Assembly: GCA_051362555.1 (NCBI GenBank)
Contig: CM120641.1
Coordinates: forward strand, 33,734,401-33,798,400
DNA: 64,000 nucleotides
From: Lingula anatina
Taxonomy: Eukaryota; Animalia; Brachiopoda
Reading direction: 5' to 3'
Below are positions 50,495-62,683 of the stretch, one piece after another. Under the pieces are notes generated by a model that was given only the letters and a program-made list of their open reading frames with translations, made no database searches and was not told the origin of the DNA. The position numbers and the translations under genes were made by a program. Each line of letters starts with the position of its first letter. The first letter of the stretch is position 1.

Positions 50495-52131
50495 CACCTA
50501 ACTTTGGACCCTATTTTGATAAATTTCCATTGGCATTGGTAATTGGCATACCCTGCTTATCCACAATCATCTTGTGCATCAGAAGAGTTATATGCAGCAT
50601 AAAAAATTCAAAACAAAGTCATACTAAAAAGAAAATAGCTTTCAACTGTATCAACTGTTGCAGTAAAAATGATGAGCAACAGTTTACAGAAAGTGCCTCA
50701 CGTAGACAAGACATACAGCCATACTCAATATTTTTTTCTTCTCCAACTGAAAATGTTTCATTGACCAACCAATCACAGGATTTGTGTCAACCTGATTGTG
50801 ATTTGTCTCACAACACTCATTGCACTATAAACTTGCATCCTGAACCTAGAAAAGAAACTTGGACTTGTCAGACATTGGTTCCACCAGTGAGCAGCTTTCC
50901 AGAACATTCAATTAATAATACATTTTCTTATCCACTATCATGTGCAGAGTCATCTGATGAAGAGACAACAGGTGGATATGCAATGGCAGACTTGGACATC
51001 AGCTGTCCTTTAAATACAAAAAGCAAAGGTCTAAAACAATACCCAAGATACAGCCAAACTGAAAATGAAGTCTCCAATTTGTCTTCTGATGAAGAGACAA
51101 CAGGTGGATATGCAATGTCATACTTAGATGTTAGTCATCCTTTGAATACTGGAAGGAAAGGCACCAAGCCATGTCTTAATACTAGGGATAGATATTACCA
51201 AACAAAAAATGATGAAGTTTCTACTTTGTCATCTGATGAAGAGACATCAGGGGGATATGCAATGGCAGACTTGGACATCAGCAATCCTTTGAATACAAAA
51301 AGCAAAGGTGCTAAACTTTACCTTAAAAGATACACCCAAATGGAAAATGAAGTGTCCAATTTGTCTTCTGATGAAGAAACAACAGGTGGGTATGCAATGG
51401 CAGACTTGGACATCAGTCCTTTGAATACAGGAAGCAAAGGTGTTAAACAGTTCACCCTTACAAAAAATAAAATGTCTATGTCACCCAATGAAGAGACAAC
51501 TGGTGGATATGCAATGGCAGACTTGGACATCAGCAATCCTTTGAATACAAAAAGCAAAGGTGCTAAACATTACCTTAAAAGATACACCCAAATGGTAAAT
51601 GAAGTGTCCAGTTTGTCTTCTGATGAAGAAACAACAGGTGGGTATGCAATGGCAGACTTGGACATCAGTCCTTTGAATACAGGAAGCAAAGGTGTTAAAC
51701 GGTACACCCTTACAAAAAATGAAATGTCTAATTTGTCACCCAATGAAGAGACAACTGGTGGATATGCAACTTCAGACTCGGGCATCAACAGTCCCTTGAA
51801 TATGGAAAAAGAATATGGAGAATATATCCATACAGGCAGTTACCCTCTTTCATCAAGGCAAGATTGTGTTAAACACTGTATGCATCCTACTTCGTGTTAT
51901 ATCTTAGTACCTGTGCCTGCACCATCACGTTTAGATTCTGTGTTGACAGGTCAAAATAGCAATGACATGTTATTAGACTACACAACCACCCAACCTGACA
52001 AAGGCAAAATTCCCAGAAATAAAGTTGAAAATAAGAAATATGAACAGTTGCAAAAAACAGAGAGTGAGTCTGCATTGGAGCCCTACACTCCACTTCTGAT
52101 CTCTGAGCAGACATTGCCCAAGGTTTTGTAA
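50495..52131 (+). CDS. TNFR-CRD/TSP1 membrane receptor, coding exon 4 (TM helix + ~510-aa cytoplasmic tail with 7 tyrosine-motif repeats)
   Basis: Acceptor CTTCTCATTCCAG, phase 1, in frame with the 533-aa ORF. Hydrophobic FPLALVIGIPCLSTIILCI followed by RR. A 1.6-kb open frame in AT-rich DNA. AATAAA signals at 52841 and 52855. Confidence 0.85.
50950..51800 (+). repeat. Coding tandem repeat, 7 units of 117-147 bp
   Basis: Units start at 50950, 51082, 51229, 51364, 51481, 51616 and 51736 (periods 132, 147, 135, 117, 135, 120, all multiples of 3). Confidence 0.95.
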
Positions 52132-52254
52132 CACATAAATCTTTTAATTCTTCTTGACAAAAATTGAAGATATCTGCTGTGGTGAAGGACACTGACAGTG
52201 AAATTGAGAGCGAAAAAAAAGAACTGTTTCTTCTTTATTGTGCATTGATCCAAT

Positions 52255-52255
<1 letters not shown>

Positions 52256-52323
<68 letters not shown>
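52256..52323. repeat. (CT)n(TA)n compound microsatellite in the putative 3' UTR
   Basis: Direct reading of the sequence. Confidence 0.95.
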
Positions 52324-52325
<2 letters not shown>

Positions 52326-52336
52326 TTTTGTGAATA

Positions 52337-52471
52337 CCCTTAGCAAAATATCTGGCCTGCTGCAAATTCACAGCAAGTTTGCTGCAATATTGCTGCAGAC
52401 TGCAATTCCTTCTTGCAAAATTACAGCAAGTTTGCTGCAATATGGCTGCAAACTTTTCATTTTGCTAAGGG
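52337..52471. mobile_element. Small MITE in the putative 3' UTR
   Basis: TIR CCCTTAGCAAAAT / ATTTTGCTAAGGG flanked by TA; a degenerate inverted second copy lies at ~52574-52640. Confidence 0.65.
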
Positions 52472-53449
52472 TATATGTAATATATATATATATGGTAGAT
52501 AGTTAAGTGTTGTTTGTTATTTGGGCAACATTTATAAGATATTTCATGATATTTGTTTTTTTTTACTTGATAACTTAGCAAAATGAAAAGTTTGCAGCAA
52601 ATTTGCTATAAATATTGCAGGCCTAATATTTTGCCAAGGGAATTTTTATAAGCATATTTTTCATAAACTGGAGAAACCAGTCTTGTCTCTATATAAAAAG
52701 AATCAAGTTTTAAATTCTAAGTACTAACTAGTTATTTATTTATAATAATACATAATACAAAATTTTCCAAATTGTTGATTGAAGTATGTACATTGTACAT
52801 CATGTATGATAGTTGTTATGACATTTACGTATGCTTTTATAATAAATACATTACAATAAATTTTCAAAGATTAATCAAAAGAGTCAATATAGCTGTGCAA
52901 TGAGAACATGCTGTGATTTACATCAATGTGATTTAATCAATGTCTACAGTGTTTATACTATTTCTAATTTGAAAACACTTAGGAATATTTTTTTTTCTAT
53001 ATTTAAAGATGTTAATTATTCCTGTCAGTATAAGCTATGTATTTTTATATGGATAATATTTTTGGTAAATTTGTTTTATAAATGTCTTGCTAGTCATGTT
53101 ATATATTGTATCCAGGATTTTATTATCGAGTATTATTAATTTTTTATCTATACTCTATTAGCTATATGAGAAAGAGATATAATGTTTATTCCTCTATTCT
53201 AGTGCAGGTGGGGAGGACAGTTTTTAATCAAAATTCAACAACTTTTGTCAATCAAATATAGAAAATGTGTTTGTACATATAGATGTCACCTGCATCTGTC
53301 GTTGCTGTTGCCATCATGCACTTTCACAGATAATACAATAAGTGGAAATCATTTTACCTTTTGGCTTTAAACGTAACAGAACTGATGAATATTCATAATA
53401 TGCAGGTGGTGTTTAAAAATTAGCATATATGCAACACTGAAAACACATT

Positions 53450-53826
53450 AAGTGGGAAACCATTTTACCTTTTGGCTTGTTTTATATGTAATTTTTCATA
53501 TAGACATGTTATTTATATCTTTAAAATAACATGTCTATATAAATTGTTTTTGTGTGTATTAATTAAAGGGACTTCTATATGTATTTAAAATATTGTTTTT
53601 GTATGTATTAGTTAAAGGAAGAAAAGTCGGCTGTAAGTGGTAAACCATTTTACCTTTTGGCTTGTTTTATATGTAATTTTTCATATAGACATGTTATTTA
53701 TATCTTTTAAATAACATGTCTATGTAAATTGTTTTTGTGTGTACATGTATTAGTTAAAGGGACTTCTGTATGTATCTAAAATCTTGTTTTTGTATGTATT
53801 AGTTAAAGGAAGAAAAGTCGGCTGTA
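53450..53826 (+). repeat. ~186-bp direct tandem duplication adjoining a degenerate HINE fragment (53264-53480)
   Basis: AAGTGG(G/T)AAACCATTTTACCTTTTGGCTTG...GGAAGAAAAGTCGGCTGTAA occurs twice in tandem. Confidence 0.85.
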
Positions 53827-54052
53827 ATTATGTGCTCCAAGCAGTTATCCATCATTACTATTCCAGAGAATGATTGAACATTTTCAGCTCTTCAGCATCA
53901 TCTTCCATGTCACCAGATACAAAGGAACAGTCTCTAGTTGCACATTTCTTTCTTTCCTGATTGAATTATTAGCTTGGCCTTCAGTTCATTGAAGTGTGTG
54001 GATGCAACTAGCCAGGCAGCAACTGTGTTCATAAGACATCCTTATGTGCTTG

Positions 54053-54220
54053 CAGGCCCGTAGCCAGGGGGGGTTCGGGGGGTTCGAAAGAACCGCCCCT
54101 TTTGCTGGAAAAAGGTCCACTCTGGATAAAATTTGATCTAAGTACATAAAGTTTTTATGGGAAAAGGTCCACTTTTTCAGAAAACGACCCCCCCTTGTGA
54201 AATTGCTGGCTACGGGCCTG
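54053..54220. mobile_element. hAT-like MITE with a 5-bp TSD
   Basis: 15-bp TIR CAGGCCCGTAGCCAG; flanking direct repeat GCTTG. Confidence 0.85.
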
Positions 54221-56126
54221 GCTTGTATTGAGATATAATTTCTAATTTTATAATTTTTTTGTTGAACTTTATTGTGAAAAATTGTAATTTATACCAATAT
54301 GCTGTACATGTGCAAGAAAGCTTCATTTATGCACTGTGATGGTAATCAATCTTTGACTCCCCTGTACTAGCATACAATCATCTGACTGTATATTTTTAAT
54401 AATTTTCAATGCTTAAAAATCAAAATATATTTAACTGTGTATGTGGTCCGAGATAGACATTTTATGAATAGTAGATGGGAAGTGTCAATAATTTAAAAAC
54501 TTACAGCTATTTTTCTGCTACACTGTTAATTAGGTACTGGTTAATGTCCTCAGTATGCCAATGTCTGCTGTAATATAAGCGTGGCAAACTATTATAAGAA
54601 GCGATAATAAATATTTGCTTACAGATAGTTTTTGTACACACCGTAAAGATTCCAAAGTTAAGACATAAAATCCAAAAACATTTAAAGATGCATACAAAGT
54701 CAATTTTTTGTCACAAAAACCAACCAAATGCCAGCATATAGTCTCAAGTAGTATAACTAAGAGAATTACCAAAAGGCATTGTTTAATTTTACCCAAAAAT
54801 GATGTTTGAACAGATTTTTCTGCTGGCATTCTAAGCTGTATGTCAATGGGGCAGGAAAGTAGGTCACGGAAGTAGGTTAAATTTACAACCATAAATTTGA
54901 AGAAAGGAGCAGTCTAAAGGTCTTTTATGGTTGATCGAGTGATCTATTCAGTTTTTCCCTTGGCATGTCGAATTTATTTGAGTCATATAAGAATCTAGTA
55001 GAAGTGGTTTACATGTGTTACTGGGAATCCACACTTCACCGATGCTCGGTTCGTATGTACCTTTAAGGAACGTTATGTTTTTGTCTCCATAACGTTAAGA
55101 ACAACATTTGGAAAATATTTCCTGGGAAAGTTTGGTCAATGTTTTTGAAAAGTTTGGGGAACATTACACAATAACATTTAGGGATTATTTAAAAAAGTTA
55201 AAATAGGGCTATATGGACCTGTAGCTCACCTGAGAGGTCCTGAACCCATTCGGTTTCTGAAAAATATATCACACCAATATTCCCCTCTTGAAATTAGAAT
55301 TCTGGCTAGTTAAATCATGGTTCTAAACTGTACCAAAGGGCATGGTTTGCTCTCCAAAACACCAATTTTTTCTGGGCCCCCCTTCAAATTATCCTGGATC
55401 CGTCCCTGTTAACACATGTCAAGTATATAAATCACCTTTTGTTTAACTTATCTGAGGTGTTATAATACCTTATTGAACATTTTTACAGGTTAAAGACATG
55501 TCCAAATGTTGCCAAAAGTGATCTTCTCAGTGATCATCTATCACCCCCGAGTAACTGACTGTCTTGAGAGAGCACATTGTACGCATATTCTAGAAGCTGA
55601 TATCTTATTTAAAAAAAGAATGCCGCTGGATGTGGAATTTAGAGACCCTATCATACGTTTACGAATCAATTAATTTTGATGTTACATGTAAATTTAGAAT
55701 TTTAATATTAAGACACTAATATAGCGTTGATATTGCCTTGGAAAAGACAAAATATAATGTCATTGTGATTCATGATTTATTACTGTACAGTACACATCAG
55801 ATTCCGTAAATAAAAGTTCAAGCGAATAATGTTCGCGTTAAAAAAACGCCCTATTTAAAGAGACTCTACCGAATGATTCTAAATCCCTAGTTGTATACTT
55901 GTTAGCAATCAACTAATTTCTATTCCATAAAACCAAACTAAGAATCATTCAAGATTTGGCTAGAATGGTGTATTCATAGGAAAACCACAAAACCACAGGG
56001 TCAGTTACGCCAAACAAAAGGTAGTGACAGTGAAAGTTGAGCTGATTGCAGGCTGAGGGAAGTACTGGTCAAGACATTACCATGTATTCTAATTTCTATA
56101 AAAGCCCTATACAGAAAGGGGTCAAA

Positions 56127-56190
56127 ATGGCAACTTCAGGGAAGAGACAACGAAAGCCCAATTATTCAACACAAGAAAATCTCTTTATTG
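56127..56190 (+). pseudogene. Start of a Harbinger Myb/SANT-like DNA-binding protein (truncated)
   Basis: MATSGKRQRKPNYSTQENLFIV resembles the R-x-x-N-F/Y-S-x-x-E-x-x-x-L start of Myb/SANT-like domains and abuts a convergent Harbinger transposase remnant. Confidence 0.5.
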
Positions 56191-56199
56191 TGTTGTTTA

Positions 56200-56599
56200 T
56201 TTATTATTTATTTTGTGGTCACAGATAACTTGCACATTGATTGAATGATATCATTTTCTGTTCACATAGTCAGCTTCGTAACAGTGAGGGGTGTTAATCC
56301 AAATGTGAGTTCCATCAACACAACCTATCACACCTGGGAAGTGTATGTTTCTCATCCTATAGAACCCATCTTTGATGTTGGCCATATTTTGTGCATTTGG
56401 AAATTCCACATAATCCCCAATCCTTGCTGCAAGAGCATTTGATACATGATGAATTGCACGCCAAGCGGTTTGCTGGGACACTTGCAAAGGGTCCCCAACA
56501 ACATATTGGAATGTGCCTGTTGCATAGTATTGCAGGGCTATCATTACCTGCTGGCATGGTAATAAGGCATGATTTCTCCTGGTTGGATGAGTAATGTCA
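56200..56599 (-). mobile_element. PIF/Harbinger (HARBI1-like) DDE transposase remnant
   Basis: QVMIALQYYATGTFQYVVGD...FPGVIGCVDGTHIWI...YVNRK*YHSINVQVICD, with an in-frame stop. The 5' part is cut off by a HINE at 56600, so the ORF-track N-terminus [13 protein letters not shown] is HINE-derived. Confidence 0.9.
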
Positions 56600-58476
56600 T
56601 TTTTATGTACAGACACAGATGTGTCTGTACATATTGCCATCACCTGCGTCTGTCGTCGCCGATGCCGGCGCCATGCACTTTCCTTGTTAACACGATAAGT
56701 GGAGGGCAGTTTTACTTTTTGGCTTTATATTTACAGAGCTGATGAATATTCATAAAACGCAGGTCAAGCTCGAAAATCAGCATGATCAGGCCATTATTGT
56801 AGAAGTTATGCTGTTTTTTCACTTTTCAGCATATATGCAACCCTGTTAACACATTTTAAGGAAAACCTTTTGCAAAATGCCCCTGCTCACAAGTCTGTCA
56901 TTGCCATGGCTGCAATCAACGAGTGTGACTTTGAACTGATAGAACATCTACTTATTCGCCTGATCTTGCTCCCTCTGACTATTATCTATTTCCCAAATTG
57001 AAAAAGGCCATTTCAGGTACTCACTTTGTGTCAGATGATGACGTCATACGTGAAGTGGAGGGGTTTCTGAACGACCAAGAGAAGGGCTTCTATAAAAGTG
57101 GCTTTTGTGGCTCTCAAAACTAGCTGGCAAAAGTGTATAGATACTCAAGGAGACTATGTTGAAAAATAAAAAAAAATAATTGTAAAATGTGTACCCCTTC
57201 TATATGAGGCTCACTACTTATCAATCAACCCTCGTATAACATATTACTTAACAGCATAATGGCTACAATTTTTTATAAAAAAATAAAAGTATCATGGATA
57301 TTCAGAAAATGTGATATGGGAAGGTCTTCAAGGCCATGGAAGTTCAGAGCCACACTTTCAAAATGCCAAAATGTAAACAAGAGATAACTGTACTGAAATG
57401 GTTTTCTTTCCATTTTCAACACCTTTTTTACATAAAACAAAATAATCAATTCTCTGTCATTTTTAAATGATCAACTAGGAAAATTGTTGACATAGGAAAA
57501 ATATCAATAAAACAATTTTAAATGTCCAATTTGCTCCATTCGCAGATTCTGAACATAGTGAATGATTGAATCTGACAAACTGCAATGATGAGTTCCTTTC
57601 CATTTTTGATACTTTATTACACAATGCACGATAACAGGTTTACCGTCATTTTTATACAATCAACTAACAATATTGTTAAGAAGCAGAAAATGTCAAAACA
57701 ACACTTTTACTAATTAGTTCCATTATGAGACTGTCAACATGCCTAAGAATTAAATCTAAAGAAAAAACACTTATATACAAAAAGGCTAATAACTTCATCA
57801 AAAGTTAACTGATCAAGCTTATTTTCAAACTTGATCTGTATACTAGTTAGACTAATCACTCCTGTGAGTTGCAAGACAAAAGGCTGCTTGGTTTTCCTTA
57901 AAATGTGTTATCAGTGTTGCATATATGCTGAATAAGGGAAAAAACAGGATAACTTTTGTAAAAAATAGTCCAATCAAGCCAATTTTCCAACTTGACCTTC
58001 GTATTATGAATATTCATCAGTTCTGTAAGTTTCAATCCAAAAGGAAAAAAAATTAACACTTATCTTATTATCCATGTTATAAAAATGCTGAAAAATTTGA
58101 AAAAAAAGAATAATTTCCATAAAAATTGCCCAATCATGCTGATTTTCAACTTTGACCTGCGTATTATGAATATTCATCAGTTTTGTAAGTTTCAAGCCAA
58201 AAGGTAAAATGGTTTTCCACTTATCGTGTTATCGGTGCTGCATATATGCTGAAAAAAGTTTAAAAAACAGCATAACTTCCCTATAAATGGCCCAATCATG
58301 CTGAATTTCGAACTTCACCTGCTTATTATGAATATTCATCAATTCAGTAAGTTTCAAGCTGAAAGAAAAAACGATTTTCCATTTTTCGTGTTATCGGTAA
58401 AAGTGCACGGCGACGACGGTGACGACAGACGCAGGTGATGGCTATATGTACAGACACATCTGTGTCTGTACATAAT
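56600..58476. mobile_element. Two outward-facing HINE 5' halves (56600-56867 +; 57237-58476 -) joined through a mariner fragment
   Basis: Same hairpin, microsatellite and ~160-bp subrepeats as the 1-29 kb family. Confidence 0.8.
56868..57234 (+). mobile_element. 5'-truncated copy of the mariner derivative
   Basis: Highly similar to 60051-60418, encodes YSPDLAPSDYYLF, and ends in the TIR ...TATCAATCAACCCTCG|TA. Confidence 0.9.
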
Positions 58477-59371
58477 AAAAAGGAATGACATAGAATGTAA
58501 AGAACCTGTCTGATGTACTCTTGTAGTCCATTTACACCATGTAACCTAAGAACAAACCACAGCTTTAAGGAGCGAAATCTACGAGCCAGAGGAATTTGCC
58601 AATGCTAGAAAAATAATAATCGATATTAAATCTGTGTAACGGCTTTTATAGTTTTTTAAATAACAATCCATGGGATTTTTCAGAAAATCAAATCAAATAT
58701 ATGATTATTGGCAGCAATCATTTTTTCATTTTGTATTTTAGGATATGTATGTATCAAATACAAAAGTTCATTAAAAAAGGCTTTAAAATCAAAAAAATTT
58801 TAGAAATATCAGAAGAGAGGCATGACTATGACTGCATTCCCATATCCCTACTGTACTAGCAGGATTGATCTATCTCAGCGGGGTTTCTTGCAAAGCAACA
58901 TGAACAAATTCATGGACTAGTTTGCTGCTGTCTTTTAACCTAAATAAAAGGCACCATGTAGTGGTTTACTTTTCATCAAAGCAATCTGGGTGATGATATG
59001 TGATTGTGCAAAACTTGTCACCAGTACAGAAATGAGGACAGTCAGTGAATAGGCAGAGAAATGTCTTTGAATATGGGCATTTTTACAATCCTGGGCTCCT
59101 TTTTTTCCCACCAAGGGTAAAAAATGGAAATCATTATTGTGTTGAAATTAGTACTTTTCTTGAAAGTATAGACCTGAAGGGTATAAGAAATGACAATCCC
59201 GAGATAAAACCTTGTGTATGTATAAAGATATGATTATTTGAATTTTGAAAATCATTTTTTAAATTTTCATAAGCTAAACCTTGAAGTGTGTGACTTTTAT
59301 GATAATTTAAGGTATTGATCTCCAAAAAAACACTTAGTTTTACTCAGAGAGTATTGCTCTTTTATGTATTT

Positions 59372-59413
<42 letters not shown>

Positions 59414-59882
59414 ATGAAAATATCCAAAATTTGAGGAATCAATGATATTTTGTGATTTTCCTGTTTCAGTATTAAATGTGACTCCATGAAGTTTTTGATT
59501 CTGAGATATTCTGAGGACTTCTGTACTTCACTTTACCTTGCATTAGTTCTTTATGTTATGCTTCATGATTGTGAAAAATATTATTTCGCACAGACATTTG
59601 TGCTAATTGCAGTGTCATGTTAAAATAAAATTTAATGTCCTTTCCGAAACATCCCTGTTTTGGAAAGAACATTTTTTAACAAGTATGATATTGTTTTAAT
59701 ATATTGTAGTATTTGAGTTTATAAGTTTTAGGTAAAGTCTTGGAAGCTGAATTAAAATTGAAGTCTTTTTATTACATTTTGCACTTGTTTTGTCTATTCT
59801 GTACTAGTAATTCATTACTGGAATTTTATTTGATTAAATATTGATTCTAAGATATATCCCAGGTATTCTTTACTCCATTATA

Positions 59883-60418
59883 TGAGGGTTGATTGATAAG
59901 TAGTGAGCCTCGTGTGGAAGGGGTTAAGCAAGGATATCCCTTTTCAGCCCTTCTATTCCCTGACTATTTAAAGGTGTGTAGCCGAAGTTTGGTGTCATTT
60001 GGTTAGTTTATGTCGACGAGGTAGCACTCTCAAATAAGCAAGGCAAGTGACTTTTGCAAAATGCCCCTGCTCACAAGTCTGTCATTGCCATGGCTGTAAT
60101 CAATGAGTATGGCTTTGAACTGACAGAACATCCACTTTATTCGCCTGATCTTGCTCCCTCTGACTATTATCTATTTCCCTAATTGAAAAAGGCCATTTCA
60201 GGTACTCACTTTGTGTGAAAAGATGACGTAATATGTGAATTGGAGGGGTTTCTGAACGGCCAAGAGAAGGCTTTCTATAAAAGTGGCACAGAGGCTCTTA
60301 AAACTAGCTGGCAAAAGTGTATAGATACTCAAGGAGACTATGTTGAAAAATAAAGAAAAATACTTGTAAAATGTGTACCCCTTCTATATGAGGCTCACTA
60401 CTTATCAATCAACCCTCG
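59883..60418 (+). mobile_element. Internally deleted mariner (Tc1/mariner) element
   Basis: TA|(T/C)GAGGGTTGATTGATAAGTAGTGAGCCTC TIRs with TA TSD. Remnant NAPAHKS...HPLYSPDLAPSDYYLFP*LKK...WQKCIDTQGDYVEK. Confidence 0.92.
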
Positions 60419-62683
60419 TATCTTATTTCCAGTTTCTTTTGTTACAGTTCATAGCTGTATAAAATATTATTTGACAATGTCAGATTTACCATGTTTAAAA
60501 TATGTCCTTTCAGACATGTCCTTGTTTCAGAATGGACATTTATTTAACATTTATGAAATTGCCTTAAGATCTCATAGTATGTTGGTACTGGGGAAGCAAT
60601 CATTGGACAAAATATGAGTTAACTAGATTAAAATTGAACTGTTTTTATTACATTAATTGGTCATTTTGGATAGTTTTGATTCTTTTTTGAAATGTTACTC
60701 TATTAGTATTTGATCATGACATAAAATAGAGTCTTCTACACTCCATTATACCCTATTCTACTTCCTTTTGATAAAGCTCATAGCTGTATGAAATAGTATT
60801 TGACAATGTCAGGTTTAAATTTAGTAATAACATTTTTAAATACGTCCTTTTAGGCATGTCCTGTGTTTATTTAACATTTACAAAATTGCTTAAATGGTAT
60901 ATATATTTATTTTTATAAATAATCACAGGAAGTTAATTTTAACCTGTGTGTGCCTGCAAGCACCTCTGTAAAACGTGCCAGTGAATTGACTCTCGCAACT
61001 TTAACATATGTAGCCTCATAACTATTTTCGAATACTTTTATGTACATCATAAGTAAGCAATATTAAAGTAAGGTAAGTTATATTATTCCAAATTATATTC
61101 TACATAAATTTGATGTGCTTTCCATCATCCTTTTCCTCATGAATAATAAATAGATGAGCAGACCAAAGAGTAAACAAGTGTTTTAGACAATCTGTTAAAA
61201 AATGTCCTTTCCGATACAAAGCATCCAAATTGCCTTTATTTCTATTTAAACTGATATAATCTCTTCAATTAATTGTTAATTTAACTTTGAAATACATGAA
61301 CTTTGGGAAAATATGCAATGGAAGTTCTAGTAGATCCAAAGAAAAGATGCTGACTTGCAAAAATGAATTTTTTTGTTGAGGATATATATAGAAATTTAAA
61401 AAGATGCCATTGTAGAAATGTTTTTCTATTATTTTTATGTCATATTCATGATGCTCTAACAGTAATTTGCTCATGTCAAGTGAAACATACAGCATTAAAG
61501 ACAGAATTCTCTCTATTTATAACATTGGCAATGTAAAGGTACTTTGTTTCGGAATGGACAATTTTTAACAAGCATCTCAAAGAAGGCCTCAGTTAAATGG
61601 GTTTCTGTGCACTGGGGTTTTCTTATATAAAAATAAATATCACATGTCCTGGGCTTTAAAGAAATATATATTGTTACAGGCTAGGTGTCAACATGTTCTT
61701 TTTATGTAAGAGAAACCCAATGTTTCGGAATGGACAAATTTAACGTAAAAACACAGTAGGGTTATTTTGCACTCCATGTCAAGCTCAAGAATCATCGCGC
61801 AGATTTCATTATTTGATACAAACAATACCAATACATCCAAATAATGATTAACATGGTTAATTATACTGTATGTTTTATGATATATTTTCTGAAAGTAATT
61901 TATTTTTGTTTCGGAATGGACATTTCGTTTAACGGAAATACCAGCATCCCATTTAAAGACTTTTTTTCTAGGATACACCTCTCTACTTCTTTGCTTCCAC
62001 CGTACTACTGAGTGTTTAATAATCCAAAAAAATGCAATGTCAAACACTGTTTTAATTTATTTCAGATTCCCTTTTATATCATATGACCAAAACGGGAAAA
62101 TTTTTGGTCATTTTTTACTTTGGACTCGGTGGTGATATTTGGTTTCTATTTTCAGTGTTTATCTTCACTTACACCATTCTCTAACATAGTGATAAAATAA
62201 TTCTTTGATCATATGTATGTAATTTGTTAATTAGCAATATGTGGGAAAATCTGAAAAGTGCCCAGGATTGTAAAAATGCCCATATCTAAGTGAAAGAATC
62301 TCTGTGACTCTAGTAGAGGATTTCAAAAGTTTCCTTAATTAATTCAGATTTAATGCATGCAAGTTTCTTTATTTATTGCTAATATGTCTTTGATTTGAGT
62401 AATAAGTAAAATAGTTGAAACAACTAGTTATAATATTTAGCTTTAAACAAGATCCCCTTGAGATAAGAATACTTAAATGACAGAAAAACATATAAATGAC
62501 AAATATAATTGAAAAAGAAATCAAGTACTGTTTTGAAAAAATCATTTTGAGCCTCCATATAATCAAGCCATTTAAATTTATGAGCAGGAATAAGTGAAAA
62601 TTTGAAAAATAAAAAAGATGGCAACAGTTCCATGTATGTTGTTGGCGAAACGCCACTTAATCAATTCTGTTGACTGGTCTTAC

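Noticed and set aside
51318-51788. Minus-strand ORFs 51318-51557 and 51570-51788
   Set aside because: Antisense shadows of the coding tandem repeat on the plus strand.
54530-54892. 120-aa hydrophobic minus-strand ORF
   Set aside because: No recognisable domain or splice context; hydrophobic bias is expected from T-rich DNA.
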